Of a stretch of DNA of 64,000 bases, positions 8,631-16,958 are shown one piece after another. The DNA is from an uncultured Chloroflexia bacterium (GTDB lineage Bacteria > Chloroflexota > Limnocylindria > Limnocylindrales > CSP1-4). Every line of letters starts with the position of its first letter. Position 1 is the first letter of the stretch. A program made the translations under genes and the position numbers. The notes below the pieces were generated by a model that had not been told where the DNA came from, searched no databases, and worked only from the letters and a program-made list of their open reading frames with translations. The stretch covers positions 27,843 through 91,842 of the forward strand of contig CAVRHD010000008.1 of NCBI GenBank assembly GCA_963720965.1. Direction: 5' to 3'.

Positions 8631-9484
8631 CCTGCGGCCGGCGATCGGGCCTGCGTCGCCGCGCGAAGCTCGGCCACGAGCGCCGCCAGGGCCGGCACAT
8701 CCCGGCCCTGCGGCCCGAGCGCATCGACGAGCGCGGAGGCGACGATCGCGCCGTCCGCGCCCGCCTGGGCAATGGCCCGGACATGGGCCGGCCGGCTGAT
8801 CCCGAAGCCGACGGCGACCGGGATCGGCGATGCGGCCTTTACCTCGCGCACGAGCCGGCCCACGGAGCGCGGCAGCGATGTCCGGGCACCGGTCACTCCG
8901 ACGAGCGACACGCAATACAGGAAGCCGCCCGAGCGGGCCGCGATGAACGCCCGGCGGTCGGGCCGGGTCGTGGGCGCGACGAGGTACACCAGGCCCAGGC
9001 CGGCGGCGCGAGCCACCACCTCGAACGGAGCGCCTTCGTCGGGCGTCAGGTCGGCCACGATCAGACCGGACGCACCGGCGGCGGCCAGGCGGCGGGCATT
9101 GCCGGCCCCATCCCCGCCGCCGATCACCTGGTTGGCGTAGGCCATCGGCACGAGCGGCAAGTTCGGCCGGGCCGCCGCGATCCGCTCGAGCAGGGCAATC
9201 GAGCCGGCGAACGTCGCCCCGGCGGCGAGGGCCACCTGCGACGCACGCTGGAGCGTTGCGCCATCGGCCAGCGGGTCGGAATACGGTAACCCGACCTCGA
9301 GCAGGTCGGCCCCGGCGTCCGCCGTGGCGAGGGCGATCCGGAAGCTGGTCTCGACGTCGGGATAGCCGGCGACAAGATACGGAACCAGGGCGATCCGGCC
9401 CGCGCCGGCCGCCTGCTCGAAGCGGCGCGCCATCCGCTGTGCTCCGGCGGTCGCGTTGGTGCCGGCCCGCACTGCCTCGGTCAT
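8627..9484 (-). CDS. trpA: tryptophan synthase alpha chain
   Basis: ALVPYLVAGYPD, LEVGLPYSDPLADGATLQ, YANQV, GLIVADLTPDE, YCVSLVGVTGAR, VGFGIS. Confidence 0.93.
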   Translation of the reverse strand: MTEAVRAGTNATAGAQRMARRFEQAAGAGRIALVPYLVAGYPDVETSFRIALATADAGADLLEVGLPYSDPLADGATLQRASQVALAAGATFAGSIALLERIAAARPNLPLVPMAYANQVIGGGDGAGNARRLAAAGASGLIVADLTPDEGAPFEVVARAAGLGLVYLVAPTTRPDRRAFIAARSGGFLYCVSLVGVTGARTSLPRSVGRLVREVKAASPIPVAVGFGISRPAHVRAIAQAGADGAIVASALVDALGPQGRDVPALAALVAELRAATQARSPAAG

Positions 9485-12333
9485 TGATCACCGCTGGCCG
9501 GCGCCAGGGCCGCGAGGTCCTTGTCGCCGCGGCCCGAGAGGCCCACCAGGACGACCAACTCGGAGGGATACGCCCTGCCTGATCCTTCGACACCCGCGAT
9601 CAGGCGGGGCAGGACGGCGAACGCGTGGGCCGTTTCGAGGGCCGGCAGGATGCCCTCCAGCCGGGCGACCCGGCGGAGCCCCGCCAGGGCCTCGGCGTCG
9701 GTCGCGGCCGCGATCTCGAGGCGGCCGCCGCTGACGAGGGCGGCGATCTGCGGGCCGACGCCCGGGTAATCGAGGCCGGCCGAGATCGAATGCGCCTCGA
9801 CGACCTGGCCATCGCGATCCTGGAGCATGAGCGAGCGCGAGCCGTGCAGGATCCCGGGAGTGCCACCGGCCAGGGCGGCGGCATGCCGGCCGGTCGCGAT
9901 TCCGTCCCCGGCCGCCTCCGCGACAGCCAGCCGAACGGTCGGCTCGCCGATGAACCGGTCGAGCAGGCCGATCGCGTTGGAGCCGCCGCCGACACAGGCC
10001 AGCACGAGGTCCGGCAGGCGACCCTCGACGGCCTGCAGCTGGGCCGCCGACTCATCGCCGAGGATGCGTTGCAGGTCGCGCACGATCGTCGGGTAGGGAT
10101 GCGGGCCCATGGCCGAGCCAAGGACATAGTGGGTTGTCTCGACGTTCGTGACCCAGTCGCGCATTGCCTCGTTGACGGCATCCTTGAGGGTGGCCGAACC
10201 GGAGGTGACCGGCCGGACCTCGGCACCGAGCGCCCGCATCCGGAGGACGTTGGGCTCCTGGCGCCGGATGTCTTCGGCTCCCATGAACACCACGCAGGGC
10301 AGGTCGAGCAGGGCACAGGCGGTCGCGGTCGCGACGCCATGCTGGCCGGCACCGGTCTCGGCGATCACCCGGCTCTTGCCCAGCCGCCGGGTCAGGAGCG
10401 CCTGGCCCAGGGCGTTGTTGATCTTGTGGGCGCCGGTGTGGCCGAGGTCCTCGCGCTTGAGGTACAGCCGCAGGCGGGACGGCACCTGCCCGTGACCGGA
10501 GCCACCAGCCGGCTCGACCAGGCGCCGTGCCTCGGCGAGCACCTCCTCGGCCAGCCGATCGGCGCGATAGAGCGGCGTCGGTCGGCCCGAGTAGGTCGCC
10601 AGCAGGGATCGGAACTCGGCCCAGAAGCGGGGATCGTGACGGAGCGCGTCGTAGGCCTGCTGGAGGTCCTCGAGCGCCGCCATCAGGGTCTCCGGGACGT
10701 AGCGGCCGCCAAACTCCCGGTTGCAGCCCCAGCGACCGGCAACGTCGGCCTCGAGCAGGCCCGGGTTGACCGGCGTCGGCCGGGCCGGCAGGTCAGGCCG
10801 GTCCCAACGAGCGGCGCGCGCCCGCTTCGTGAACAGGCCAACCCGGAATGGGTCCTTGTGCGGGCGCTCGTCGTCCCGCCGGGGAGCCTCGACGCCAGAT
10901 GCGACATCGACCCCGATCGCGGCGACCGAGCGGACCGCATCGCCGACGTTGGCGGGGTTGAGCCCTCCGCCCAGGATCACCGGCAGCGTCCGGGCGATCG
11001 CTGCGGCGAGGCTCGACGCAGAGCGCGTGCCGGTGCCGCCCGGATGGGCTCCGCCGGCGGTATCGAGCAGGATTTGCTGGGCCCCGGCGTCGAGGTACAT
11101 CCGCGCCCGTACGAGCGCAGCGGCCGTCGCCGCATCGAGATCGTCCGGGGCAACCGTGGCGGGCAGGTGAACGGTCTTCCAGACGGGCCGACCGACCTGG
11201 CCGACCAGTCCGCTCGGCTCGTCGCCGGCAAGCTGGACGACGTCCGGGTCGAGGGCGGCGATGATCGCCTCGAGCCGCTCGGGGCTTGCGTCGGCGGTCA
11301 CCGCCACGATCTGCGGTCGCGGCCGGCGGCCGGCCTGCCCGAGCGTTCGGGCCAGCCCAGCCAGGCTGGCCGCCTCGGCCAGCTCGAGGACCCGGGGCGT
11401 GCCTGGCACGAGGTTCAGGCCGAGCGCGTCGGCCCCTGCGGCGAACGCCGCGTGGACGCCCGCCGCGTCGGTGATCCCGCAGATCTTCACGAATGGCGTT
11501 CGATCATGGGCGGCCGGATCGTCCGGAAGCCGGCCAGCTGCCACGAACCGGGCCGCGGCCGCGGCCGGATCCAGGGACCGCATCAGGGCCTCTCCGATCA
11601 GTGCGGCGTCGAAACCCAGGGCGCGCCAGCCGGCCACGGTCGCCGGTTCGCGGACACCTGATTCGGCGACGACGAGGCGATCGTCGGGGACCAGCTCGCG
11701 CAGCCGGACGGCCTGTTCGGGATCGACGGCCAGGGTCCGCAGGTCGCGGTTGTTCAGGCCGATCAGCCGGGCCCTGGTCAGGAGGGCTCGATCGAGCTCG
11801 CGCCGGTCGTGGGCTTCGACGAGCGGCTCGAGGCCGAGAGCGAGCGCGTCGTCGACCAGGCGCCCCAAGCGGGCAGGCGGATGCAGGCCGGCCAGGAGCA
11901 GGACCGCGTCGGCCCCGGCGGCCCGGAGCAGCGGCAGCTGGCGGCGGTCGACCACGAACTCCTTGGCCAGGACGGGCACGCTGACCGCCGCCCGGACCCG
12001 GCCCAGGTCGTCAACCGAGCCACCGAACCAGTGCGGCTCGCACAGCACCGAGATCACCGCCGCGCCGCCCGCCACGTACGCCCGGGCGCGGGCGATCGGG
12101 TCGTCCGACGGATCGACGATCCGGCCCGCCGACGGCGACGACCGCTTCACCTCGGCGATGACGGCCAGGCCCGGCGCGGCCAGCCGGATCGCCACCTCAC
12201 GCGGCGGCGGCGCCGCAGCGGCAGCTCGTTCGAGGGTGGCCAGCGAGACGCCGGCGAGCTCGACGGCCAGGTCGGCGGCCCGCCGTTTGGCGATCTCACC
12301 GACCACGTCCTTGCGGCGGCTGGCCACGATCAT
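9481..12333 (-). CDS. trpCFB: tri-domain fusion: indole-3-glycerol-phosphate synthase + phosphoribosylanthranilate isomerase + tryptophan synthase beta
   Basis: Single 950-codon frame. TrpC part: VIAEVKRSSPSAG, ISVLCEPHWFGGS, LAKEFVVD, IGLNNRDL. TrpF part: VKICGITDA, ALGLNLVPGTPR, LLDTAGG..GGTG, GVDVASGVE. TrpB part: FGGRYVPETLM, LKREDLGHTGAHKINNALGQALL, ETGAGQHGVATA, GSAMGPHPYP, CVGGGSNAIG, GLDYPGVGP. No stop codon separates the domains. Confidence 0.85.
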   Translation of the reverse strand: MIVASRRKDVVGEIAKRRAADLAVELAGVSLATLERAAAAAPPPREVAIRLAAPGLAVIAEVKRSSPSAGRIVDPSDDPIARARAYVAGGAAVISVLCEPHWFGGSVDDLGRVRAAVSVPVLAKEFVVDRRQLPLLRAAGADAVLLLAGLHPPARLGRLVDDALALGLEPLVEAHDRRELDRALLTRARLIGLNNRDLRTLAVDPEQAVRLRELVPDDRLVVAESGVREPATVAGWRALGFDAALIGEALMRSLDPAAAAARFVAAGRLPDDPAAHDRTPFVKICGITDAAGVHAAFAAGADALGLNLVPGTPRVLELAEAASLAGLARTLGQAGRRPRPQIVAVTADASPERLEAIIAALDPDVVQLAGDEPSGLVGQVGRPVWKTVHLPATVAPDDLDAATAAALVRARMYLDAGAQQILLDTAGGAHPGGTGTRSASSLAAAIARTLPVILGGGLNPANVGDAVRSVAAIGVDVASGVEAPRRDDERPHKDPFRVGLFTKRARAARWDRPDLPARPTPVNPGLLEADVAGRWGCNREFGGRYVPETLMAALEDLQQAYDALRHDPRFWAEFRSLLATYSGRPTPLYRADRLAEEVLAEARRLVEPAGGSGHGQVPSRLRLYLKREDLGHTGAHKINNALGQALLTRRLGKSRVIAETGAGQHGVATATACALLDLPCVVFMGAEDIRRQEPNVLRMRALGAEVRPVTSGSATLKDAVNEAMRDWVTNVETTHYVLGSAMGPHPYPTIVRDLQRILGDESAAQLQAVEGRLPDLVLACVGGGSNAIGLLDRFIGEPTVRLAVAEAAGDGIATGRHAAALAGGTPGILHGSRSLMLQDRDGQVVEAHSISAGLDYPGVGPQIAALVSGGRLEIAAATDAEALAGLRRVARLEGILPALETAHAFAVLPRLIAGVEGSGRAYPSELVVLVGLSGRGDKDLAALAPASGDQ

Positions 12334-13385
12334 GCAGGTACGCCGCTCGAGGGACCCGGATGCGCCGCGGCGTTCTCTGCTCGAAGCCGGCCCAGGAGCG
12401 CGGCAGGGCTGCCGCTGTCGATCGTTCGGGCCGCCAGCCGGACGCCCGCGGCGAGGTCGGCAGCCCTGCCCGCGACGATCAGGGCGGCGGCCGCATTCAG
12501 GAGCACCACATCGCGCCGGACGCCGGTGGTCCCGGCCAGGATCGCCTCGACCATGGCTCCATTCTCCTCGGGCGTTCCGCCGGCCAGGGCCGTGGTCGGG
12601 GCCTCGGCCAGGCCCAGGCCACGCAGGCTGTCGAGATCAACCCTCGACTCCCGGATGCCCTCGGGGGTCACGTCATGGATCACACCCGAGCCGTCGAGCG
12701 GAAGCTCGTCGATGCCCGCCCCATGGACGACCACGGCACGCTCCTGGCCGAGCAGGTGGAGCACTTCGGCGATCCGCGGCGCGGCAGTCTCGTCGCCCAC
12801 GCCGACCATCAGGCGGGCCACGCCGGCCGGGTTGGTCAGCGGGCCGATCAGGTTGAAGGCCGTCCGGACGCCGATCTCGCGGCGGGTCGGCCCGGCGAAC
12901 TTCATCGCTGGATGGAATCTCGGCGCGAGCATGAACGCGAAGCCGTCGCTGCGCAGGGCGGCAGCCGCCGAGACCTCGTCGTGGTCCGTCCTCACGCCAA
13001 GGGCATCGAGCACATCGGCCGACCCCGAGCGCGAGGTGATCGCCCGATTGCCGTGCTTCGCGACCGGCACCCCGGCCGCGGCGACCACGATCGCGGCGGT
13101 CGTCGAGATGTTGAACGTGCCGCTCCGGTCACCACCCGTGCCGACGACGTCGATCGCGCCGGCCGGCGCGTCGACGCGCAGGACGCGCTCACGCATCGCC
13201 GCCGTGAAGCCGGCCAGCTCGGCCGTCGTCTCGCCCCGCATCCGGAGGGCGACCAGCAAGGCAGCCAGCTGGGCCGGCGTCGCCTCGCCGTCCATGACCG
13301 CGCCCATCGCGTCGCGGGCAGCATCCATGGACAGGCTGCCGCCGTCGACGACCGTGGCCAGGGCGGCCCGGACGAGCTCACTCAC
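12330..13385 (-). CDS. trpD: anthranilate phosphoribosyltransferase
   Basis: MDGEATPAQLAALLVALRMRGET, DVVGTGGDRSGTFNISTTAA, KHGNRAITSRSGSADVL, NLIGPLTNPA. The start is set at the GTG overlapping the trpG stop (GTGAGTGA). The track start at 13481 would overlap trpG by about 100 nt. Confidence 0.9.
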   Translation of the reverse strand: MSELVRAALATVVDGGSLSMDAARDAMGAVMDGEATPAQLAALLVALRMRGETTAELAGFTAAMRERVLRVDAPAGAIDVVGTGGDRSGTFNISTTAAIVVAAAGVPVAKHGNRAITSRSGSADVLDALGVRTDHDEVSAAAALRSDGFAFMLAPRFHPAMKFAGPTRREIGVRTAFNLIGPLTNPAGVARLMVGVGDETAAPRIAEVLHLLGQERAVVVHGAGIDELPLDGSGVIHDVTPEGIRESRVDLDSLRGLGLAEAPTTALAGGTPEENGAMVEAILAGTTGVRRDVVLLNAAAALIVAGRAADLAAGVRLAARTIDSGSPAALLGRLRAENAAAHPGPSSGVPA

Positions 13386-14076
13386 CGGGCACGACCGGTT
13401 GCTCGACCCGGCCATCGTCGCGCTCGGCCATGCCTCCCACGGCGAACGTGCCGCTGACCGCATCGAGCCTGCCCGCCTCACCCTCGCCGGCCAGGCGCAG
13501 GAAGTTCGCCAGGAGGTGGGGCCCCTCGGGCGTGAGGACCGACTCGGGGTGGAACTGGACGCCCTCGAGGGGCAGGCTGACGTGGCGGAGGCCCATCACG
13601 ACCTGGTCCTCCTCGCACATCGCGGTGACCACCAGCTCGGCCGGGATCGTCGTCGGGTCGACCGCCAGCGAGTGGTACCTGGCCGCCATGAATGAGGTCG
13701 ACATCCCGCTCAGCAGGCCGCCCCCATCGTGACTGACCTCCGATGCTTCGCCGTGGACGAGGGTCGGGGCGCGCACGATCGAGCCGCCGTAGGCGACGGC
13801 CATCGACTGCATCCCGAGGCACACGCCCAGCAGCGGGATGGCGTGCTCGGCGGCAACCTGGACGGCGGCCACCGAGACGCCGGCATCCGACGGGTCGCCC
13901 GGACCCGGTGAGATCACGATCCCGCGCAGGTCACCGGCCGGATCGGCGGCGAGCGCCTCCAGGCCGGTCCGGTCGATCGCGTCGTTGCGGACGACCTGGA
14001 CCTCGGCACCGGCGGCCTGGAGCGCCTGCACAAGGTTGAACGTGAACGAATCGTAGTTGTCGATGACCAGGATCAT
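13378..14076 (-). CDS. trpG: anthranilate synthase component II (glutamine amidotransferase)
   Basis: MILVIDNYDSFTFNLVQAL, ISPGPGDP, LLGVCLGMQS, HGEAS, RYHSL, EGVQFHPES. Confidence 0.94.
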   Translation of the reverse strand: MILVIDNYDSFTFNLVQALQAAGAEVQVVRNDAIDRTGLEALAADPAGDLRGIVISPGPGDPSDAGVSVAAVQVAAEHAIPLLGVCLGMQSMAVAYGGSIVRAPTLVHGEASEVSHDGGGLLSGMSTSFMAARYHSLAVDPTTIPAELVVTAMCEEDQVVMGLRHVSLPLEGVQFHPESVLTPEGPHLLANFLRLAGEGEAGRLDAVSGTFAVGGMAERDDGRVEQPVVPGE

Positions 14077-15674
14077 CGGAGCCGCTCGGGGCCGCCACTG
14101 GCCAGGTCGATCGCTCGACGAAGGGCGGCGGCCTTGTGCTCGGTCTCCTCGAACTCGCGCTCGGGTACCGAGCCGGCCACGATCCCGGCACCGGTATGGA
14201 CGTGGGCAAGCCCGTCGCGCAGGACCGCGCTCCGGATGGTGATCGCCGTGTCGAGATTGCCGTCGTAGCCGAGGTAGCCGACGGCCCCACCGTACAGCCC
14301 CCGGCGCTCGTTCTCGGCGGCCGCAATCAGCTGCATGGCCCGGACCTTGGGCGCCCCCGACAGTGTTCCGGCGGGAAAGACCGAACGCAGCGCATCCAGG
14401 GCGTCGAGCTCGGGTCGAAGCCGGGCCTCGACGTGGCTGACCAGGTGCAGGACGTGGCTGTAGCGCTCGACCTCCATGTACTTGGTCACCCGGACCGTGC
14501 CGGGCCGGGCGACCCGGCCGAGGTCGTTTCGGCCGAGGTCGACGAGCATGACGTGCTCGGCCTTCTCCTTTGGGTCGCGCTGCAGCTCCTCGCTGCGGAG
14601 CTCGTCCTCGGCCGCGGTCTCGCCCCGCGGCCGGGTTCCGGCAATCGGGTGCGTCGTCAGCCGGTCACCCTCCACCTGGAGCAACAGCTCGGGGCTGGCC
14701 CCGACGACCTCGAACGACGGCGTCCGGACGAAGAACAGGTACGGGCTCGGGTTGACCCGGCGCAGGGCGCGGTACAGGCCGATGCCGTCGACGGGCCGCC
14801 CGTCGCCTGCCGGGGGCAGGTCGAAGGTCTGGCGCCGAGCCAGGACGACCTGGATTGCCTCGCCCGCCGCGATCGCATCCTTGGCGACTTCGACGGCGTG
14901 GATGTACTGGTCGCGACCGAGGCTGGTCGCGGCTTCCTGGACGCCCGGCAGTGACGTTGTGTCTGGGCTCGCGGGACGCCCCGTTCCGGAGCCGGTGGTC
15001 GCGCCGTTGGCGCTCGCCTGCTCGCCCGCCGATGGCCGGGCGGTCTTGTCGAGGGCTTCGAAGATGGCTCGCTCGGCGATCCGGTAGCGGCCGTCAAGGT
15101 CGGGCAGCTCGGTGTGGAGCGAGGCGATCGCGCTGATCGTATGGGTCAGGTGGTCGAAGACGATCACCAGGTCTGTCTCGATGAACGAGGCGAGGGGCAC
15201 CCCCACCGGATCCGCCGTGGGCTGGGGCACGCTCGGTTCGAACGCGCTGACGGCGTCGTAGGCGAGGGCCCCGACCGCACCCCCGGTGAAGCGGGGCATC
15301 CCTTCGAGCGGGACGACCCGCCGGCGCGGCAGGAATTGGCGGAGGGTGGCCAGTGGGTCGGTCGAGTCGACCGTCTCGATCGGCAGGTCCGGCTGGAAGC
15401 GATCGACGCTGAGGGGCCGCGACTGGATCGAGGCTCGTTGGCCGCGCACCTCGAGGAGACGCCGTGGGCCGATCCCGAGGAAGCTGTAGCGACCCAGGCG
15501 CTCGCCGCCCTCGACCGATTCGAGCAGGTAGGCCGGGCCACCGTCGTCCAGGCGCAGGTAGGCGCCGATCGGCGTCTCGAGGTCGGCGTCACGAGTCGCC
15601 CGCAGGAGCACCGTGTCGGCGCCCGTGGCCAGGCGCTTGGCCTCGGTCAGGCTGAGCGGGTCCGCGATGCTCAT
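14073..15674 (-). CDS. trpE: anthranilate synthase component I
   Basis: ETPIGAYLRL, YLLESVEGGERLGRYSF, VVLARR, NPSPYLFF, GASPE, IAGTRPRG, DPKEKAEHVMLVDLGRND, FPAGTLSGAPKVRAM, RGLYGGAVGY, IRS, GAGIVAGS. Start taken at MSIADPL. Confidence 0.92.
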   Translation of the reverse strand: MSIADPLSLTEAKRLATGADTVLLRATRDADLETPIGAYLRLDDGGPAYLLESVEGGERLGRYSFLGIGPRRLLEVRGQRASIQSRPLSVDRFQPDLPIETVDSTDPLATLRQFLPRRRVVPLEGMPRFTGGAVGALAYDAVSAFEPSVPQPTADPVGVPLASFIETDLVIVFDHLTHTISAIASLHTELPDLDGRYRIAERAIFEALDKTARPSAGEQASANGATTGSGTGRPASPDTTSLPGVQEAATSLGRDQYIHAVEVAKDAIAAGEAIQVVLARRQTFDLPPAGDGRPVDGIGLYRALRRVNPSPYLFFVRTPSFEVVGASPELLLQVEGDRLTTHPIAGTRPRGETAAEDELRSEELQRDPKEKAEHVMLVDLGRNDLGRVARPGTVRVTKYMEVERYSHVLHLVSHVEARLRPELDALDALRSVFPAGTLSGAPKVRAMQLIAAAENERRGLYGGAVGYLGYDGNLDTAITIRSAVLRDGLAHVHTGAGIVAGSVPEREFEETEHKAAALRRAIDLASGGPERLR

Positions 15675-15689
15675 CGGTGCGGCGATGCC

Positions 15690-15980
15690 TCCTCGGGAAT
15701 CAATACGACCTTTCGTCCCAGGGACGAAAGGTCGATCCTTCCGCGGTACCACCCGCCTTCGGCAATCTGCCGCACCTCGACCGACGGGGCTATCGAGCCC
15801 GATCGGCGCTGCCCGCTATCGCTGGCGCCCTGCGCCGGAGCCTACTGGGCGCGGCGTCCACCGCGTCGTTCGGTCCGGAGGCTCCCGGGTCCATTCACCA
15901 TCGCCGTCGTCCCGGTTTCCACCAGCCACCGGGTCTCTGTGCCGACGGATGACGGGTACTCGTCCCGATCATCGCCCGTG
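15690..15980 (-). promoter_or_regulatory. T-box riboswitch leader, Trp (UGG) specifier, upstream of trpE
   Basis: Minus strand, 5' to 3'. Stem I base GCGATGA..GGGACGAGAGTA (GA/K-turn plus AGAGTA-like box, near 15977-15950). AGAGA bulge (15938-15934) and GGTGG distal-loop motifs. Specifier context GAA-TGG-A (TGG at 15893-15891). Canonical T-box sequence GGGTGGTACCGCGG (15754-15741). Terminator hairpin (15734-15706). GAGGAGG then trpE. Confidence 0.8.
15706..15734 (-). terminator. terminator helix of the trp T-box leader
   Basis: On the minus strand: cgacctttcgtc-cctggg-gacgaaaggtcg (12-bp stem) followed by tattgattcc. It lies directly 3' of the GGGTGGTACCGCGG T-box sequence. Confidence 0.65.
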
Positions 15981-16002
15981 TATTCGTGATGTGCCGGGGA
16001 GT

Positions 16003-16815
16003 CTAGAGGGACGCTCCGGCTGCGTCAACCGACGGGTCCGGCGGCTCGGCGGCCGCCGGGCTGACGACCGGATCAGCCCTTCGCTTGCGCTTCTTCGGAG
16101 GCTGGCGCACCGCGGGCCACCAATCGCACGCACACAGGCCCCGGGGACAGTCGGAATGGGGCAGGCGAGGCGTCCTGAGCTCGTCCGCGATCTTGAACAC
16201 GCGCTCGTTGTCGGCCCGGCAGGCGGCGCAGCAGGTCGCCCCGACAAGCTCCGCTTCGCGGGCCACGGCCGACAGGCCGCGGAGGGTGGCTGCGACGGCC
16301 TCTCGATAGAGGGACACGATCTCGTCCGGCGGCGGCAAGCTGCTGCCGGCCTCCTCGAACAAGGCCGCGGCCTGGCGGTGCCGAATGCGGGCTACGTCTT
16401 CCCAGTGCTTGTCCCGGCGGGCCTCCCGGACCGCCCGGTCCGCGGCCGCCAGGTACAGGGTCCGGGCCGATTGAACCGTCGCGCCATTGAGCGGCGCTGC
16501 AGCCAGGCGCTGGCGCCGGTCGATGGGGGCGCCGACGAGCCGGGCCAGCTGCAGCCAGCTCCGTCGCTGGCGGGTCCAGGTCTGCTCGTCGACCACCCGG
16601 CGACGCTCGGCTTCGAACACCTCCACGGCCGCTTCGGTCAGGTAGATTGCCCGGCCCTCCGAATGGCGGACGACGATCCGGCGCCGGCACCTCGGGCAGA
16701 GCCGACTGCTGACCGGCGGTGGATCGAGGACAACCCCGCAATTCGGACAGGCGACGGCCGGCACCGGCGGTGGGTCGGCCGGGCCAGGCGTCGCTGGCAG
16801 GCTCGAACCGGCCAT
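16003..16815 (-). CDS. uncharacterised Cys-rich zinc-ribbon protein (paralog A)
   Basis: CPNCGVVLDPPPVSSRLCPRCRRRIVVRH...YLTEAAVEVFEAERRRV...CCAACRADNERVFKIADELRTPRLPHSDCPRGLCACDWW. Collinear with the C-terminal 230 aa of the next gene. Confidence 0.7.
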   Translation of the reverse strand: MAGSSLPATPGPADPPPVPAVACPNCGVVLDPPPVSSRLCPRCRRRIVVRHSEGRAIYLTEAAVEVFEAERRRVVDEQTWTRQRRSWLQLARLVGAPIDRRQRLAAAPLNGATVQSARTLYLAAADRAVREARRDKHWEDVARIRHRQAAALFEEAGSSLPPPDEIVSLYREAVAATLRGLSAVAREAELVGATCCAACRADNERVFKIADELRTPRLPHSDCPRGLCACDWWPAVRQPPKKRKRRADPVVSPAAAEPPDPSVDAAGASL

Positions 16816-16958
16816 CTCTGGCGCCGGCAGGTTGCCGCCGGAGCGGTCCAGGCCGAAGAGCTTGCGCAGGAACGTGATCGGACTACCTCAGCTGCCGGCC
16901 CAGGCGACCGGTCGGCTCAGGTTACCCCACGATCCGGCCGTGGCCGGACGGCGGTGGT

